A stretch of DNA of 63,625 nt, the filler included, from Chiloscyllium plagiosum (Eukaryota), in assembly GCF_004010195.1 (NCBI RefSeq). It is 5 parts of one record of this genome, joined end to end, with 100 filler letters (N's around TTAATTAATTAA, not from the genome) between each part and the next. Parts side by side here need not be neighbours in the genome. Positions count along the whole stretch, not along the records: positions 1 to 19,489 come from NC_057714.1; 4 more parts are not named here. One strand, given 5' to 3'. Both the position numbers and the translations under genes were made by a program. Below, in pieces: positions 1 to 13,279 of this stretch; position 1 is the first letter of the stretch; each line of letters begins with the position of its first letter. Below the pieces are notes generated by a model. The model made no database searches. It was not told the origin of the DNA and saw only the letters and a list, made by a program, of their open reading frames with translations.

Positions 1-2575
1 TGGGTGGGGAGGGAAATATATCCCTAGTGGTGGGGTCCGTTTGGAGGTGGCGGAAATGTTGTTGAATGATATTGTTTTATGCGAAGGTTAGGGTGAAAGA
101 TGAGCACCGGGGGGTTCTGTCCTTGTTACGGTTGGAGGGGTGGGGTTTGAGGGAAGAGGGGTGAGATGTGGATGAGATGTGTTGGAGGCATCTTTAACCA
201 CATGGGAAGGGAAAATGTGGTCTCTAAAGAAGGAGGCCATTTGATGTGTTCTGTGGTGGAACTAGTCCTCTTGGGAGCAGATATGGCGAAGACGGAGGAA
301 TTGGGAATACAGGATGGCATTTTTGCAGGCGGTAGGATGGGAAGAGGTATAATCCAGGTAGCTGTGGGAGTCGGTGGGTTTGTAAAAAAATGTCAGTGTC
401 AAACTGGTGTCATTAATGGGGATGGAGAGGTCCAGGAAGGGGAGGGAGGTGTCAAAGATGGTCCAAATGAATTTAAGGTCAGGGTAGAATGTGTTGGTGA
501 AGTTGATGAATTGCTCAACCTCCTCGTGGGAGCATGAGGTGGCGCCAATGCAATCATCAACATAGTGGAGGAAGAGGTGGGGTGTGGTGCCAGTGTAACT
601 ACGGACGTTGGACTGTTCTACGTAGCCAACAAAGGGATAAACATAGCTGGGCCCCATATGGGTGCCCATGGCTACCCCTTTGGTCTGGAGGAAGTGGGAG
701 GATTCGGTTCAGCCAAACGAATGAGTGTGTCGGTGGAAGGGTACTGTTGGGGATGTCGGGAGAGGAAGAAAAGGAGGGCTTGGAGGCCCTGGTCATGGCG
801 GTTGGAGGTATAGAGGGACTGGATGTCCATGGTGAAGATGAGGCATTGGGGGCCAGGGAAACGGAAGTCTTGGAGGAGGAGGAGGGAGTGGGTGGTGTCG
901 CGAACGTATCTGGGGAGTTCCTGGACTAGGGGGGATAGGACAGTGTCGAGGTAGGTAGAGATGAGTTCAGTGGGGCAGGAGCATGCTGAGACAATGGGTT
1001 GGCCAGGGTGGTCAAGCTTGTGGATCTTGGGAAGGAGGAAGAATCGGGTGGTGCGGGGTTCCCGGACTATGAGGTTAGAAACTGTGGGTGGGAGATCTCC
1101 TGAGGTGATGAGGTTCTGTATGGTCTGGGAGATGACGGTTTGGTGATTGGGGGGGGGTGGGGTCATGGTTGAGGGGGCAGTTGGAGGAGGTGTCTTCGAG
1201 TTGGCGTCTGGCTTCAGCGGTGTAGAGGTCAGTGCGCCAAATCACCCCCTTTATCTGCTGGTTTGATGGTGAGGTTGGGATTGGAGCAGAGGGAATGGAG
1301 GGCTGCGCGTTAATGTCTCAGCGACAGTTGGAAATGAAGAGATCGAGGGCAGGTAATAGGCAAGTGCGGGGTGTTCAGATGGATGGAGTGTGTTGGAGGC
1401 GGGCAAAGTGGTCCTCGGAAGTTGGGCGGGAGTCTTGATTGTAAAAGAAAGCACGGAGGCGGTGGAAGAAGTGTTCAACATCACGGTGTGTATTAAATTC
1501 ATTGATGTGTGGATGGAGGGGGATAAAGGTGAGGCCTTTGCTGAGGACTGATTGTTCGTCCTCAGTGAGGGGGAGGTCTGGAGGGATGGTGAAAGCTCAG
1601 CAGAGCAGGGAGCTGGGGCCTGGTGGAGGTGTGGAGCTGGGAGTGGGGGCGGAGCCTGTAACTGGAGTGGGTGTGGTGTTAAAGGGAATTGGGGTGGAGT
1701 CATGAGCAGGGGTGGTATTCCCCTCATGGTTCTGGGGGGCAGGGATGGTGACAGTGGGGTCTGTGGGGGGCGTGTCAGCAGAATGCAGGTGAGTGGCACT
1801 GGTGGGGGCGGAAGTGGTGGTGACCACGGCAGTAGGGATGGGGGACGTCACTGAGCGTGTGACACCAGCGATGATGTGAGGGGTGGAAGTGATGTCACTT
1901 GTGGTGCATGAGGAATTGTGAAGGGCGGAAATGGCTGTGGAAGCGGCCATGATGGGGGCGAAGGTGACGTCATTCATCACTGTGGTGATGGTGGCTGCAA
2001 CAGCTGCATGGCTAATGGTGTCTAAGCAGTTCCAGAGGCCAGAGGAATCTTCTGAAACGTTTGAGGGGTGCTGGTTATGGAGGTGGGAGATAAAAGTTAG
2101 TTGTACTTACAGTTTTTGATGTTTGAGATGGTGTTGAAATACTGTTTGTTGAGAGTATGAATTCTCCTGAGAATATAGTACAGAAGGGGTCCTTTGCAGT
2201 TCTGAGAGAGTGTGGCCCTCAGCTGAGGCAGGGCTGACTGTAGAGAGGTTAGGTGCCGACGCATTGCTGCAAGTGTGGAGCGAAGGATCTTGAAGGAGAA
2301 CCGTTGCTGGTGGTTTTGAATCTGTAGTCTGTACTGTTTGTCCTGTTCGGTTCCGAACTCTGCTGGTTTAAAGATGGCCCGGAGTCCGTGTGGGATGAGT
2401 TGGTTACGGAGGCAGGCGCTGAGAAAGCAAATGTGGCTGTGGTAGCAAGTCTGTTTCAGGACATGGTTAAAGAGCTTCAGGGCAGAGGAGATGACCTGGG
2501 GGTGGTAGTGAGAGAGAGAGACTCACTGAGATTCTTGTAGAGTGGAGGAAACTTCTTCAAGGCAGGCACCCTTCA
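1..2575 (-). mobile_element. Penelope-like retroelement, frameshifted ORF (N-terminal region, Thr/Pro-rich linker, RT); 3' part runs off the window start
   Basis: Minus-strand ORFs carry PLE RT motifs FFLLPKIHKLDHPGQPIVS, FTMDIQSLYTS, MGTHMGPSY, YVDD, FYKPTDSH and ILYSQFLRLRHICS. Bases 1-300 match the reverse complement of the PLE at 53.6 kb. Confidence 0.9.
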
Positions 2576-3699
2576 GTCTAGCCAACTAAAAGGTTAGAGT
2601 CCAGATTGAGGTTAGTTAAAGACTGGTTCTGTGATCACTGAAATGGCCACACCTCCATTAGAACCAGGTGACCATTTAACCAGACGTTTATTTTGATTGG
2701 TCCTGCTTTGGATGTTGCTAAAAATTCACAAACCAGATTTAGGTGGACTTTCCAGGCTGTGCACTCTCCTGGGAGGGAGCCTATGAGTTCTCTTACTCAA
2801 TTTAGGTTGACTGGGACTCTTTTGTTGCCTCAAGGCAGCAACTACAATAGCTTGCCGACCTGGATCCTGAAGAAAACTTTCACCATTTGGCCAAAGTTTA
2901 GCTGTGTTTTGAAATTTTGCTATGGCTGACCTCGAGTCCCTCTATTCAGATATGTTCTGAATGAGGGTGTGCAGTTGCCATCACCCAAGTGGTGTCACTC
3001 AAGCTCAGCTGGCATTGGGAAGGTGTCCACTTCCATCAAATACCCTGCTACCCACAAGCTCCACTTGCAGCTTTTCCAATTATTATGGGAGTTGTAGTGC
3101 TTGTTTGAAGTCCAGTTGGGTTTCAGTTAGTAAGTGCTTTTGCATGGTTACATCATTAATCTCAAATACCAAATGGTCTCTGAGCATCTCAATAAGGGTT
3201 AGACCAAAGTCACATGCCTCTGCCAGTCATCTTAATCTCATCAAAAATCCTAACACGGATTGCCCTGGTTCTCAAACTGCCAAGTAAAACCAGAGATGTC
3301 TCAGAATTACAGGAAACTTGACGTCATAATATTCCTTAATTAAATCTGTCAACTTTTGAAAGGTTTTCGCATCTGGTGCCTGAAGGAAAGTTAGGCTCAT
3401 AATAACTGAAAAAGCTGCAGGTCCACAAGCTATCAGGAGAATTACTCATTGCCTTTCATCTGTTCCAATGTCATTTGCCGGAAAAAATAATGTATTCTTT
3501 CCACATACAGGGCATAGTCATCAATGGTAGGATCGAATGAGTCATGCTTCTCAAATAACAGCATGATGCCAGAAATGCTTACCTTATCTCAAAGACAGAC
3601 CTTGCAAGTCAATTTTGTCAGGATTGTGCTTTTCTCTCGTCGCTACTGAAACAGCTTCACAAAAGCCAGCGCCCATCACCATCATCTTTGACACTGAAC

Positions 3700-3858
3700 C
3701 AGTTTCCTCAGAGTCAGCTCTCAGAAATGAACTGAACATCTGACATTCCTGTTTAGATCAGTCAACCAGGGCTCCCTGATTGAACCAGATTAACAGCCCC
3801 AATCAAGGAACTCACATTCTCTGAGGTCCACCTGGATGACCTTGTTACAATCACTACA
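3700..3858. mobile_element. Possible LTR terminus fragment
   Basis: Ends in ATCACTACA (3850-3858), the same terminus as the solo LTR at 38140-38704. The other end was not found. Confidence 0.3.
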
Positions 3859-4713
3859 CCTTCCATCACAATTTATGTGCAGGCTATGATGATTGCTGCA
3901 GGCTTTCTCCGGACATCATAGTCAGAGTTCATGCCAGCTTTATGGCAGTGTTGATATTCTGGATTTTGGTTCAATGATTTTTTGGAATTGGGATGACATT
4001 TCAAATTTTAAATTCAAGATCGGGTATTCTATTGGGAGTTGCTCAACTACTGTATACCAATGCATCAGTGTCTACAGGATGCAAGTCAGGAGGACAACAA
4101 AATAATTCCCAGATGGCTGGATGGGTGTAGCAACAACAACGCTGAAGAAACTTGTCCAGGCTGCACAGAATGACAGAACTGTTTGTACTGTGACTTTATT
4201 GAACAGAATGCAAAGTAGATGCCTGCAGTGAGTGCCTCATGACAGAGATCACGTATGTCAAGCCAGGAGGCACCTTACAACAGTATTGTACTTCTACCCT
4301 CAACATCCCCCTTTCTATATGACAAAAGCAGGGGGAAAATGTTGCACATATTATCATTTACCCTGTGAGTACGCCAAATTTCCAATCTTCACATCAATTT
4401 TCTCATATATTAGCATTTTATCACTCTCAGGCTATGCATGTGCATTGTGCACAAAGGCAGAATTCTACTTGAAAGCAAGCTAATACATTCCAATACTTAA
4501 TCAATCTTCTTGTAGAACTTTCCCAATGCAAACAAATCCACATTATCACCCTATGAGGTGGTAAGTGTGATGGTCGGCAAGATGACTAAATCATGATAGA
4601 GTAAAAAAAAAATTGATTTCAAACTCAGGAAACAAAACTTGTCTAATTATGTCTCTCTTAGAAGACACAGTAGCACTGCATTGCATTTATGTCCCAAACA
4701 AAAGCAATTCTTT

Positions 4714-5057
4714 GAATCATACAATCTCAACAGTGTAGAAAGAGGCAATAAAGCCTATTGTGTATGCCCCAACCCTTGAAAAGCATGCCACTATGACTGA
4801 ACCCCCACCCTATCCCTGTAACCCTGCATTTACCATGGCTATTCCACCTAACACTACATAGTAATTCAGCATGGTCAATCCTCCTAACCTGCACATCTTT
4901 GGACTGTAGGAGGAAACTGGAGCACCTGGCAGAAACCCGCAAAGACATGGAGAGAATGTGCAAACTCCACACACACAGTTACACAAGGCTCGAATTGAAT
5001 CCAGGTCCCTGGCGCTGTGAGGCAGCAGTGCAAACCACTGTGCCACAGTTCCCACCC
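4714..5057 (-). mobile_element. HE1-type tRNA-derived SINE (V-SINE core), diverged
   Basis: Reverse complement reads GTGGCACAGTGG...CCTCACAGCGCCAGGGACCTGGATTCAATTC (A/B boxes) followed by GTGTGGAGTTTGCACATTCTCC. Confidence 0.85.
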
Positions 5058-7019
5058 TTTTCATCAACATTATCCTAAATATCCACTCTTCCACTACCAC
5101 CATAGATGTCTGTTATGTCTACAATTTCCAGGATGCACTGTAGCACTACACTATGACATCTTCAGACCCATAAATGTCACCATCCCAAAGTTTAGGAACT
5201 GTAGATTATGGTAACTCCATCACTGCTAGCTACCCTGTAAGTCTTACATTATCCTAAACATATACTGTTGTTACTTCATTTTGATGGGTCAAAGCTCTGA
5301 AATTCCCTGCATTAATAGCATTGTGGTTTCTCCTTCACTACAAATATTAAAGCAATTAAAGATTAATCCACCATCATTAAACATATCATAATATTGACAG
5401 GGCACACTTGCAATTTTTGACTTGCAAGCCTCATAAGATTTCATGCAGGAGAATTAGAAGATATTTATTCTCTCAAGTGCTGATGTAATATCATGGAGAT
5501 TTAAGGCCCCTAATCTGGTAAGCAACTTTAAATAACTGATTGGTCTTGCAACATGTTAACTGTGTATCTGTGTGTATAGTATACAAGAAAATGAATTAAG
5601 CAGCTTCTGTACCCATACAGGTCATGAGTTACCTCAGTCTAGAAATATGATAAAACTTTTTAAAAATCATCTTTATCAGCTAAACACCTTCCTTTGTTGA
5701 TGTAAAATTGCAAACCAGTATTAAGGAGAATAATCCACAAATTAATAACAGAGGTACTCAGTGTTGATATCTTGAAGGAAACAAATCCTTCCCTGAATTT
5801 TAACTATTGAATCAAATCCACATCTTTATAAACATGAGCTAAATTATTTGAGTGGTGACTTATATTACAAGAGAATTGACTCCAGCAAAAGAGGTGGCAC
5901 ATTCATGACACAGCAACTTTTTGGCTTCCCACTATTTAAATATCCTAGCTCAGTTGCCGTGGGGAGAAAACTAAAAAAGCATGCAAAAAGCCTTCAGGCT
6001 TTTGCAAAGGTGTTAGCATTCTGCATAAGAAAGGCAACAGAGGGAAACAAGGGAATTAGAAGGGTTGGTCCAACATCTTTTGCTAGACTCTACAATTAAG
6101 AATGTAACTGAATGTCTTGAAAATTTTCAGCCAGAAAGAACCGTATGAATTTCTAAAGGGTGTGTCATGTCTGAAGAACCTGACTGAATCTTCTTGAAGA
6201 GTTGGCTAAAGTAATGGACAGGGAACGAGCAAAAATGTTATTTGTGTCAATTCCAGAAGGCATTTGATAAGAAAATGACAGTTAAAGTTGAAGTTCATCA
6301 ATTGAAAGCAAATAATAGGAAATTGGCTGAGCAGAAAGCAGCACTGCATCACTTGAATTTAGAAGATTATGATGATTTGAACAAAATTTTACAATCCCTG
6401 CAGAGAACTAAATCTTTTTGATCGAAAGGAAATCCACAAAGCAAAGAAACTGGTACTCAAGATTTCACTTTGGAAAATCTTTTCCTGGAACAAACTAACC
6501 AAAGGCAACATAATTAAAACAGTAATTAACTGTGAAGGATATTTCAAATAAAAAGATAGGTTTAATTCAAATAGTCAAGACAAAAAGATACCCCTCACAA
6601 AGTTACAAACAATTGCATTATTTCCTGCACAAATGTGAGATCACATGCAATCTCAGTCTTTCCAACTCATCCTTCATTTCGTCTTATTTGGTTTCTCATT
6701 CCACTTCCTATCATGTTAGCCCAAGAGAAACATTAGTGACAACTCTGTTCCAGCAGGCGTTCTTGAACAAAGTCAACACCAACAAGGTGCAAGTCTGCAC
6801 TTTCTCTGTCATTTGGATCATGATAATTCTAGATTCTCCATTCTCTGACACCTAAAAAAGGTCTGGTGGGGTCTAGAAAGATTGAAACAGTCTTGTTCAA
6901 TCTAGAAACTTTGCTCTTCATAGCTTGAGCTCACTGTTCTTTCCAACAGAATAACACAGTTATAGTTTCTGCTCCACTCTTCGACACCTGCTTCAGCCTG
7001 AACAATTCACCTCCTGATT

Positions 7020-7645
7020 TCCCAAAGGCTATCCACCATCTACAAGGCACAAGTCAGGAGTGTACTGTGATACTCCCTACCTGCCTAGCTGAACATAGAT
7101 CAAAGAACACTCAAAAAGATTGACACCAAAGACAATACAAGTGTTTGGTTAACACTACATCCACAAGCAAACATTCATTCCCACCACCACCAATGCTCAA
7201 CTACAACAATGTGTACCATCTACAAGATGCCACTGTATAAATTCCTTGGACTCTTCCATCGCCAGACCATGGCAACACGACGGTTGGAGGAGGAGCGCCT
7301 CATCTTCCGCCTGGGAACCCTCCAACCACAAGGGATGAACTCAGATTTCTCCAGTTTCCTCATTTCCCCTCCCCCCACCTTGTCTCAGTCAAATCCCTCG
7401 AATCCCTCTCTCACTGTATAAATTCATCAAGGCTTCTTGACCAGATCTTCCAAACTGACAACCACATCCATCTAGAAGGGTAAGGTCAGTAGATACATAG
7501 GAATACCAACATCTCAAGCTACTCACTGACTTTGGAACATATCACCATTCCTTCACTGTCATTTGGTCAAAACCCCGGAAATTCCTCCCTCACAATACTG
7601 TATGTCTAACTACAGCATATGGACTGCAGTGGTTCAAGGCAGTTC
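7020..7645 (+). mobile_element. Decayed CR1/L2-group LINE 3' fragment, interrupted by a PLE piece
   Basis: CATCTACAAGGCACAAGTCAGGAGTG translates as IYKAQVRS. Similar sequence occurs at 36630-37240. Confidence 0.55.
7245..7411 (+). mobile_element. PLE 3' fragment with 14-bp target-site duplication
   Basis: Encodes TRRLEEERLIFRLGTLQPQGMN, as in the PLE C-terminus at 54.3 kb. CACTGTATAAATTC flanks it at 7231-7244 and 7412-7425. Confidence 0.88.
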
Positions 7646-10136
7646 CAAACTCTTCTCCAGACACAAGGAGATGCCCCTAACCCTAGAACTGAGCAGGTAA
7701 CATGGCCTTTCGTATCCCTGCTCTTGACTACAGAGGACAATATCCATCCCCCTAATTAATTATATCAGCTCTACATTTCTATTTCCTCACACACTTGAAT
7801 ATCTCCCTGTACCAAGGCACCATGATCAATTTGCTCATCTTTCCTACAGTCCCCAGTCTCAGCCAAACCCTGCAAAAACTCCTACTGATGGACAATTGCA
7901 GGAACCAAGGATCCTTAATTATATGTCACTGGTCCTTAAATCTGCCTCATCTGCAGTCACACCCTCCTGTCCTTAATCACAGACTGATTGGAATTACCTC
8001 GTCTGAGGGGTCTGACCGCCCTCTAGAGCTAATTGTCCAGGTAACCTTCCCCTTCCCTGATGCAGCGCAATGTCTGCAACTCAGATCCACAGTTCCTCAA
8101 GCTGCAAACACCTATTACAGATGCGTTCACTCTGTCCAGTGGCTTTCACATGTTACAGCAACAACATATCAGCCACCCTGTCATTGCTATCACATTTGAA
8201 TTAATTATCAAGTTAATTTCTTGAGATTCCTTGTTATTTACACATTACTGTAATGATAGTTTGCTTTGTTTAATGACAAGAAAAAAAGTCTCCAGTATCA
8301 ATCTATTATTTAAGCAGTTATGTTTTTAATGGAGAAGGAAACACAAAGTGAAGAGTTTCGCTTGAACTTGAAAGGCCAGATCTACTCACCAATCAACCTC
8401 TTCCCCTGCACACTTTCCCCCAAGCTGCCGATCATGATGGCATTCCACCACTTTCCATGATGAACCTCTAGCCAAGGACCCTAAGTTTCAGGGCCTCCTC
8501 TCCAGTGCCTGCGAACAAGAAACCCAGCCTTACATTTGTCCTGGGCTCCTGGCATCAATGATCTGGAGGACTACAGCCTGTGGCATTGCTGGGACTACAG
8601 AGATGTTGGCTAATCTCACTGATCTCTGAAGCTGGGCTTGCTTCTCTGCAAAGGGCATAAGTCCCCGTATTAAATGCCTGCATGGCTACCAACATCAAAA
8701 CGGGATGCATTTCTCATCAACCTTTTGAGTGTTTGAGTGGCCCCCCACCCTCCTCTTGCTTTCTAATAAGGCAGATAAATAATATTTATGACAAATTGCT
8801 ATTTTTTTTAAAGAATAGTTACTAATTCCCTTTATTTTATGTGAAGACAGGAAATGCGACACCATCCATGCACCCATGAGAGGAAGGGACTGTGACCTTA
8901 GATGTTTCACTGAATTCGAATATCCACTGGCAATCACTGTCTAATTGCAAGGGCTCTCGTACGAGTGCAGCCAGACCTCAGCATGAATCACTCCTTGAGG
9001 ATATCAGAAGCACAAAACAGTGGGAAAGAATTTACCACAGTTATTCAGCTTGCCAAATCCAAAACCACGCTTACCATTTATAAAGGTTAAGATTAATTCA
9101 TTGCAGTCCTTTCAGAATCTCCCAGGCACATTTCCAAGCAACCACAAACAAGGCTCACATTATACTTATGTAAAAATGAGCAGTCTAGAATAAACAGCAA
9201 GGTCCTCCATACCAGAAAAGCTAAATAAAGCTGATGTAACCAGTAATCTTGAACATAAGGTAATTTCTTCACAAATGAAAAATCTGAATTTACATAACCA
9301 AAATTAGCAATTAAATTCAATCTGGAACATCAAACAATAATTCTAAACACTAACATTGTACCAATAAAATAAGTTAATCTTAATGAGCTGGTTGGTAGAG
9401 TGGTTAAAATTATGTTTTCTCTCCAAATAATTCTGGAATCTAGATTCATTTCTAAACCAGACAGATGAAGTGGAGTTTCCAAAGCAGCCATAATGATTCT
9501 AGACATGGGTAAGTCAGCTCTACATTGAATTTTAAAATAACTTACAGGATAAAAATGCCTTTGACTTTGGCATCAAATATAAATCTTATTCAAAAAGATT
9601 GGTGATAGTAGTAGTTGCATTTAATGTTGCTTCTATGTGGCAAAATTTTCCCTACTCTGCCTGAATGCTTGTGGTTGTCAAAAATTGTACTGTCTGTTTT
9701 ATTATTTCTTCTTAGTTTTCTCTCATACCAAGAATTACACACAAATGGCAGGTGTAGCCATGTGACCCCTGAGCCTTCTTCATCACTCCCATTATCTGTC
9801 CCATCAGAGCTTGGCAACCAGGTTAGTGTCCTGTCCTATGTTCTGAGAACTGGACAGAAGTGACAAAAGGTCAATGATATCCCATGTTGGCTGGACAAGT
9901 GACATACTCTGTTCACTCCTACTGCATTCACCTCCCCATCTAGGTTTCTGCTCTGACACTCCTACAACATCCCTCCCACCACATCTTCCATCACTCCCCA
10001 TCCTCCCACACCATTATCCCTTCATATCCTTCACACCTCGGGAAAGCCTCAACAACTTACACCGAAGTGTATCAGCACTCTGTGATACCCAATAAGGAGT
10101 TCATGTCCTGATTAGAGACTGCTGATCACATTCTGA

Positions 10137-10506
10137 GTTTCCTCATTTCCCCTTCCCCCACCTCTTCCTAGTTTCTAACCTCCAGCAACACGATCCCCTG
10201 ACTTGTCCGGACTTGTCCGACCTGCCCAGCTCCTTTTCCACCTATCCACTCCACCCTCTCCTCCCTGACCTATCACCTTCATCTCCTTCCCCACTGACCT
10301 ATTGTACTCTATGCTACTCTATCCCCACCCCCACCCTCCTCTAGCTTATCTCTCCACGCTTCAGGCTCTCTGCCTTTATTCCTGATGAAGGGCTTTTGCC
10401 CGAAACGTCGATTTTGCCTGTCCTCGGATGCTGCCTGAATTGCTGTGCTCTTCCAGCACCACTGATCCAGAATCTGGTTTCCAGCATCTGCAGTCATTGT
10501 TTTTAC
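10137..10506 (+). mobile_element. PLE 3' end/pseudo-LTR with hammerhead motif; 10-bp TSD
   Basis: Pyrimidine-rich PLE 3' region followed by CTGATGAAGGGCTTTTGCCCGAAACGTC. CACATTCTGA flanks it at 10127-10136 and 10507-10516. Confidence 0.85.
10378..10413 (+). ncRNA. Minimal type I hammerhead ribozyme motif (intact core)
   Basis: ATTC-CTGATGA-A-GGGC-TTTT-GCCC-GAAA-C-GTC-GATT: catalytic boxes CUGAUGA and GAAA, a 4-bp stem II, a GUC cleavage triplet and a short stem I. Confidence 0.8.
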
Positions 10507-10797
10507 CACATTCTGAAGGACGATGAGCTCACTGGAAACAAACTGTGTAAGTGTGGTATTTCCTTGGTATCGTACTGCAATACCACCACAGGTTTGGAGC
10601 CGGAATTCTCCACCAGAAGGTTTACCCATTATGTTCTATTGCATTGAACAGGTCAAAAGATGACAGACATTAACTGTGTATCATTCAACAGATGAGCCCA
10701 GGAAATGAATCAATTAAAATTACAATTCACTTGATAAGTCACATTGCAGTGGCCGGAAAGTAAGAAGGATAAAAGAAAGCTTATGACCATTTAAGGC

Positions 10798-10828
10798 AGA
10801 GCGAGAGAGAGAGAGAGAGAGAGAGAGA
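10798..10828. repeat. (GA)n microsatellite
   Basis: Visible GAGAGA run. Confidence 0.95.
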
Positions 10829-11125
10829 TAAAAAAGTGATAAAAAGAGAGAAAGAGAAGACCAACCCTTCAGAAGATGACCCGAAATTGAGACTTCAAGA
10901 GGAGTACTCCTGCATCAGACCTGATCAATATATGTAATACACATATATTCACACACAAGAACAGTTTCTGTATCTAAGATATTTGTTAGCAAATTGCTTT
11001 TAGTGCAATAAAGCATTGTGATTATTCAAACGTTAACTTGAGTCTCAGGGTTGTTACTCTATATGATGAGCTCACTGAAAACAAACTGTTTAAATGTGAT
11101 ATTTTCTATTGTTACTCTATATGCA

Positions 11126-11998
11126 TAAGTGTATCCCTAAACACCTCTATCCACCATGACAAAGGCCTCCAAGCCCTCCGTTTTGTCTTCTCCCGGTGTC
11201 CCCACCAGTAACTTTCCACTGACACTCTCATTCATTTGGCTGAACTGGTCGCCATCCTCAATACTTTCTCCTTTGAATCCTCCCACTTCCTCTATTCCAA
11301 ACGGGTAGCCTTGGGCTACCTAGCATGGCCTCCAGCTATGCCTGTCTCTTTAACTCTTCCACATAACCGACAACCTTCCGCAGTTACACTGGCACCATTC
11401 CCCACCTTTTCCTCTGCTACATTGATGACTGCATTGGTGCCACCTCGTGCTCCCATAAGGAGATTGAACAACTCATCAACATCAGCAACATGTTTCACCC
11501 CGATCTTAAGTTCATCTGGACCATCTCGGACACCTCCCTCCCCTTCCTGGGCAGGTCCTGGGCCACTTCCATCATCCAACCCTAGCCACCCGACACCTGG
11601 GGGAAGAATGCCTCATCTTCTGCCTTGGGATCCTCCAACCACACGGGATTAACATGGATTTCACCAGTTTCCTCATTTCAATCCCACCCCCCCACCCTTA
11701 TCCCAGATCCAACCTTCCAATTCCGCACAGACTTCTTGACCTGTTCTACCTATCCATCTTCCTTCCCAACCATCTGCTCCACCCTCCTCTCTGACCTATC
11801 ATCATCACCCCCACCTTCATCGACCTATTACACTCTCAGCTACCTTCCCCCTAGCCCCAACCCCCTTCCATTTATCTCTCTTCCGCCTTGGCTCACAAGC
11901 CTCATTCCTGATTAAAGGCTTTTGCACGAAACATCGATTCTTCTGCTCCTTGGATGCTGCCTAACCTGCTGCACTTTTCCAGCACCACACTCTTGACG
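11126..11998 (+). mobile_element. Internally deleted PLE (RT remnants, 3' end, degenerate hammerhead motif at about 11904-11938)
   Basis: Matches PLE RT sequence (TACATTGATGAC = YIDD) and ends with CTGATTAAAGGCTTTTGCACGAAACATC plus the GGATGCTGCC...CCAGCACCAC tail. Confidence 0.8.
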
Positions 11999-13279
11999 CT
12001 AAATTATAATACTGCTGGTGAACACGTAACATTCCTTGTGCAACAACAACACTGCACCAACCAAAAACCATATGAACAGCAGGTAATTTACATTTGAGAG
12101 AACAAAAAGAAACTTCATAATCAACATCCCTCAGAACATGGTCTCACAACTATCAGTTATTGTTACCAGGTATGCAACTGCTTAATTCAGCATCAGCTTA
12201 CCTTATTCGGTTACCTGGTATTGTAATGCAAACCTCACATCATTTAAAAAAAAAGGTGTGACACTAAAGTGGCGTCAATAACTGATTCATGTCATTTACC
12301 AAGAAAAGGCATGCTGTTCTTTCTCCTGAATGGAATTTTCAAGATACTGATGAGACAAAGGCATTTTAAAAATATGTGAAAGGCGTTGATGCAGTTAATA
12401 TAACTACAAGTTGTATTTAACTACAAGTTGAAAGTGGTGAAATACACTGGCACACTTTGGAAGCCAGATATTATTTTCCCACTCTCTGATACGAATGTAA
12501 ATTGTATCTTCAAAAAAAAACAAACACTCCTTTTAATAACTTTGTGGCTAAGCTTCAGGTTACAATGTTAGGACAAAATTAAAAATCACAACACCAGGTT
12601 ATAGACAAACACCAGCATCTCCAAGTCAATGTTAGGACAAGGAAGTTTTCCTTCGTTGGCAACTGACTGGCCACTGTCTTTCAGTGGCCCCAAATTGTTA
12701 CAATCTCATTAAAGTCTGGCAATCTTTTGATTCAAAAAAAGATCTTCATGACCCTCATGCAAAGACCATCAATAGACATGGTTTTACTTTTATAAACAAA
12801 AAAACCTAAAATCAACATAACTCAAAACATTGTTCGATAACTTTCTATTCAGTAAAGATACAGCCGACATAATTACACATACTCACATTACTTCCTGCAC
12901 AATGCAGGGGCACATGCAATCATACTGTCTTTCACAGAATCATAGAATTGATACAATGCAGAAGGTAGCCATTTTTCTCACCTTGCATTTGCTTCTTTTG
13001 CAAACCACTTTAAAACTCAATCCAAATCACTTACAGGTCCACTTCAGGTTTCTCTCCTTCTATGCAAGGTTCCTCACCTCACCGGCTCCTCTCAATAATG
13101 CTGACTATATGTCTGGGATCCTCACTTATCCCAACCTTCTCAGTGATACTGAAAGCCTGTCACAGAATCTTCACTTTTCCCATTCTCTCAGTCATGTTGA
13201 CTACTGCTCATGGGGTGCCCACCTCACCTACTTCGCACTGTGATGCTGACCGAGTGTCTTGGCTTCCTCACATCATCCG

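Noticed and set aside
126..2119. Many overlapping ORFs, including plus-strand Gly/Val-rich ones
   Set aside because: They are antisense or off-frame shadows of the decayed PLE ORF.
6532..6855. 107-aa ORF and an exon-like minus-strand acceptor
   Set aside because: All minus-strand frames hit stops, and the plus ORF has no recognisable motif.
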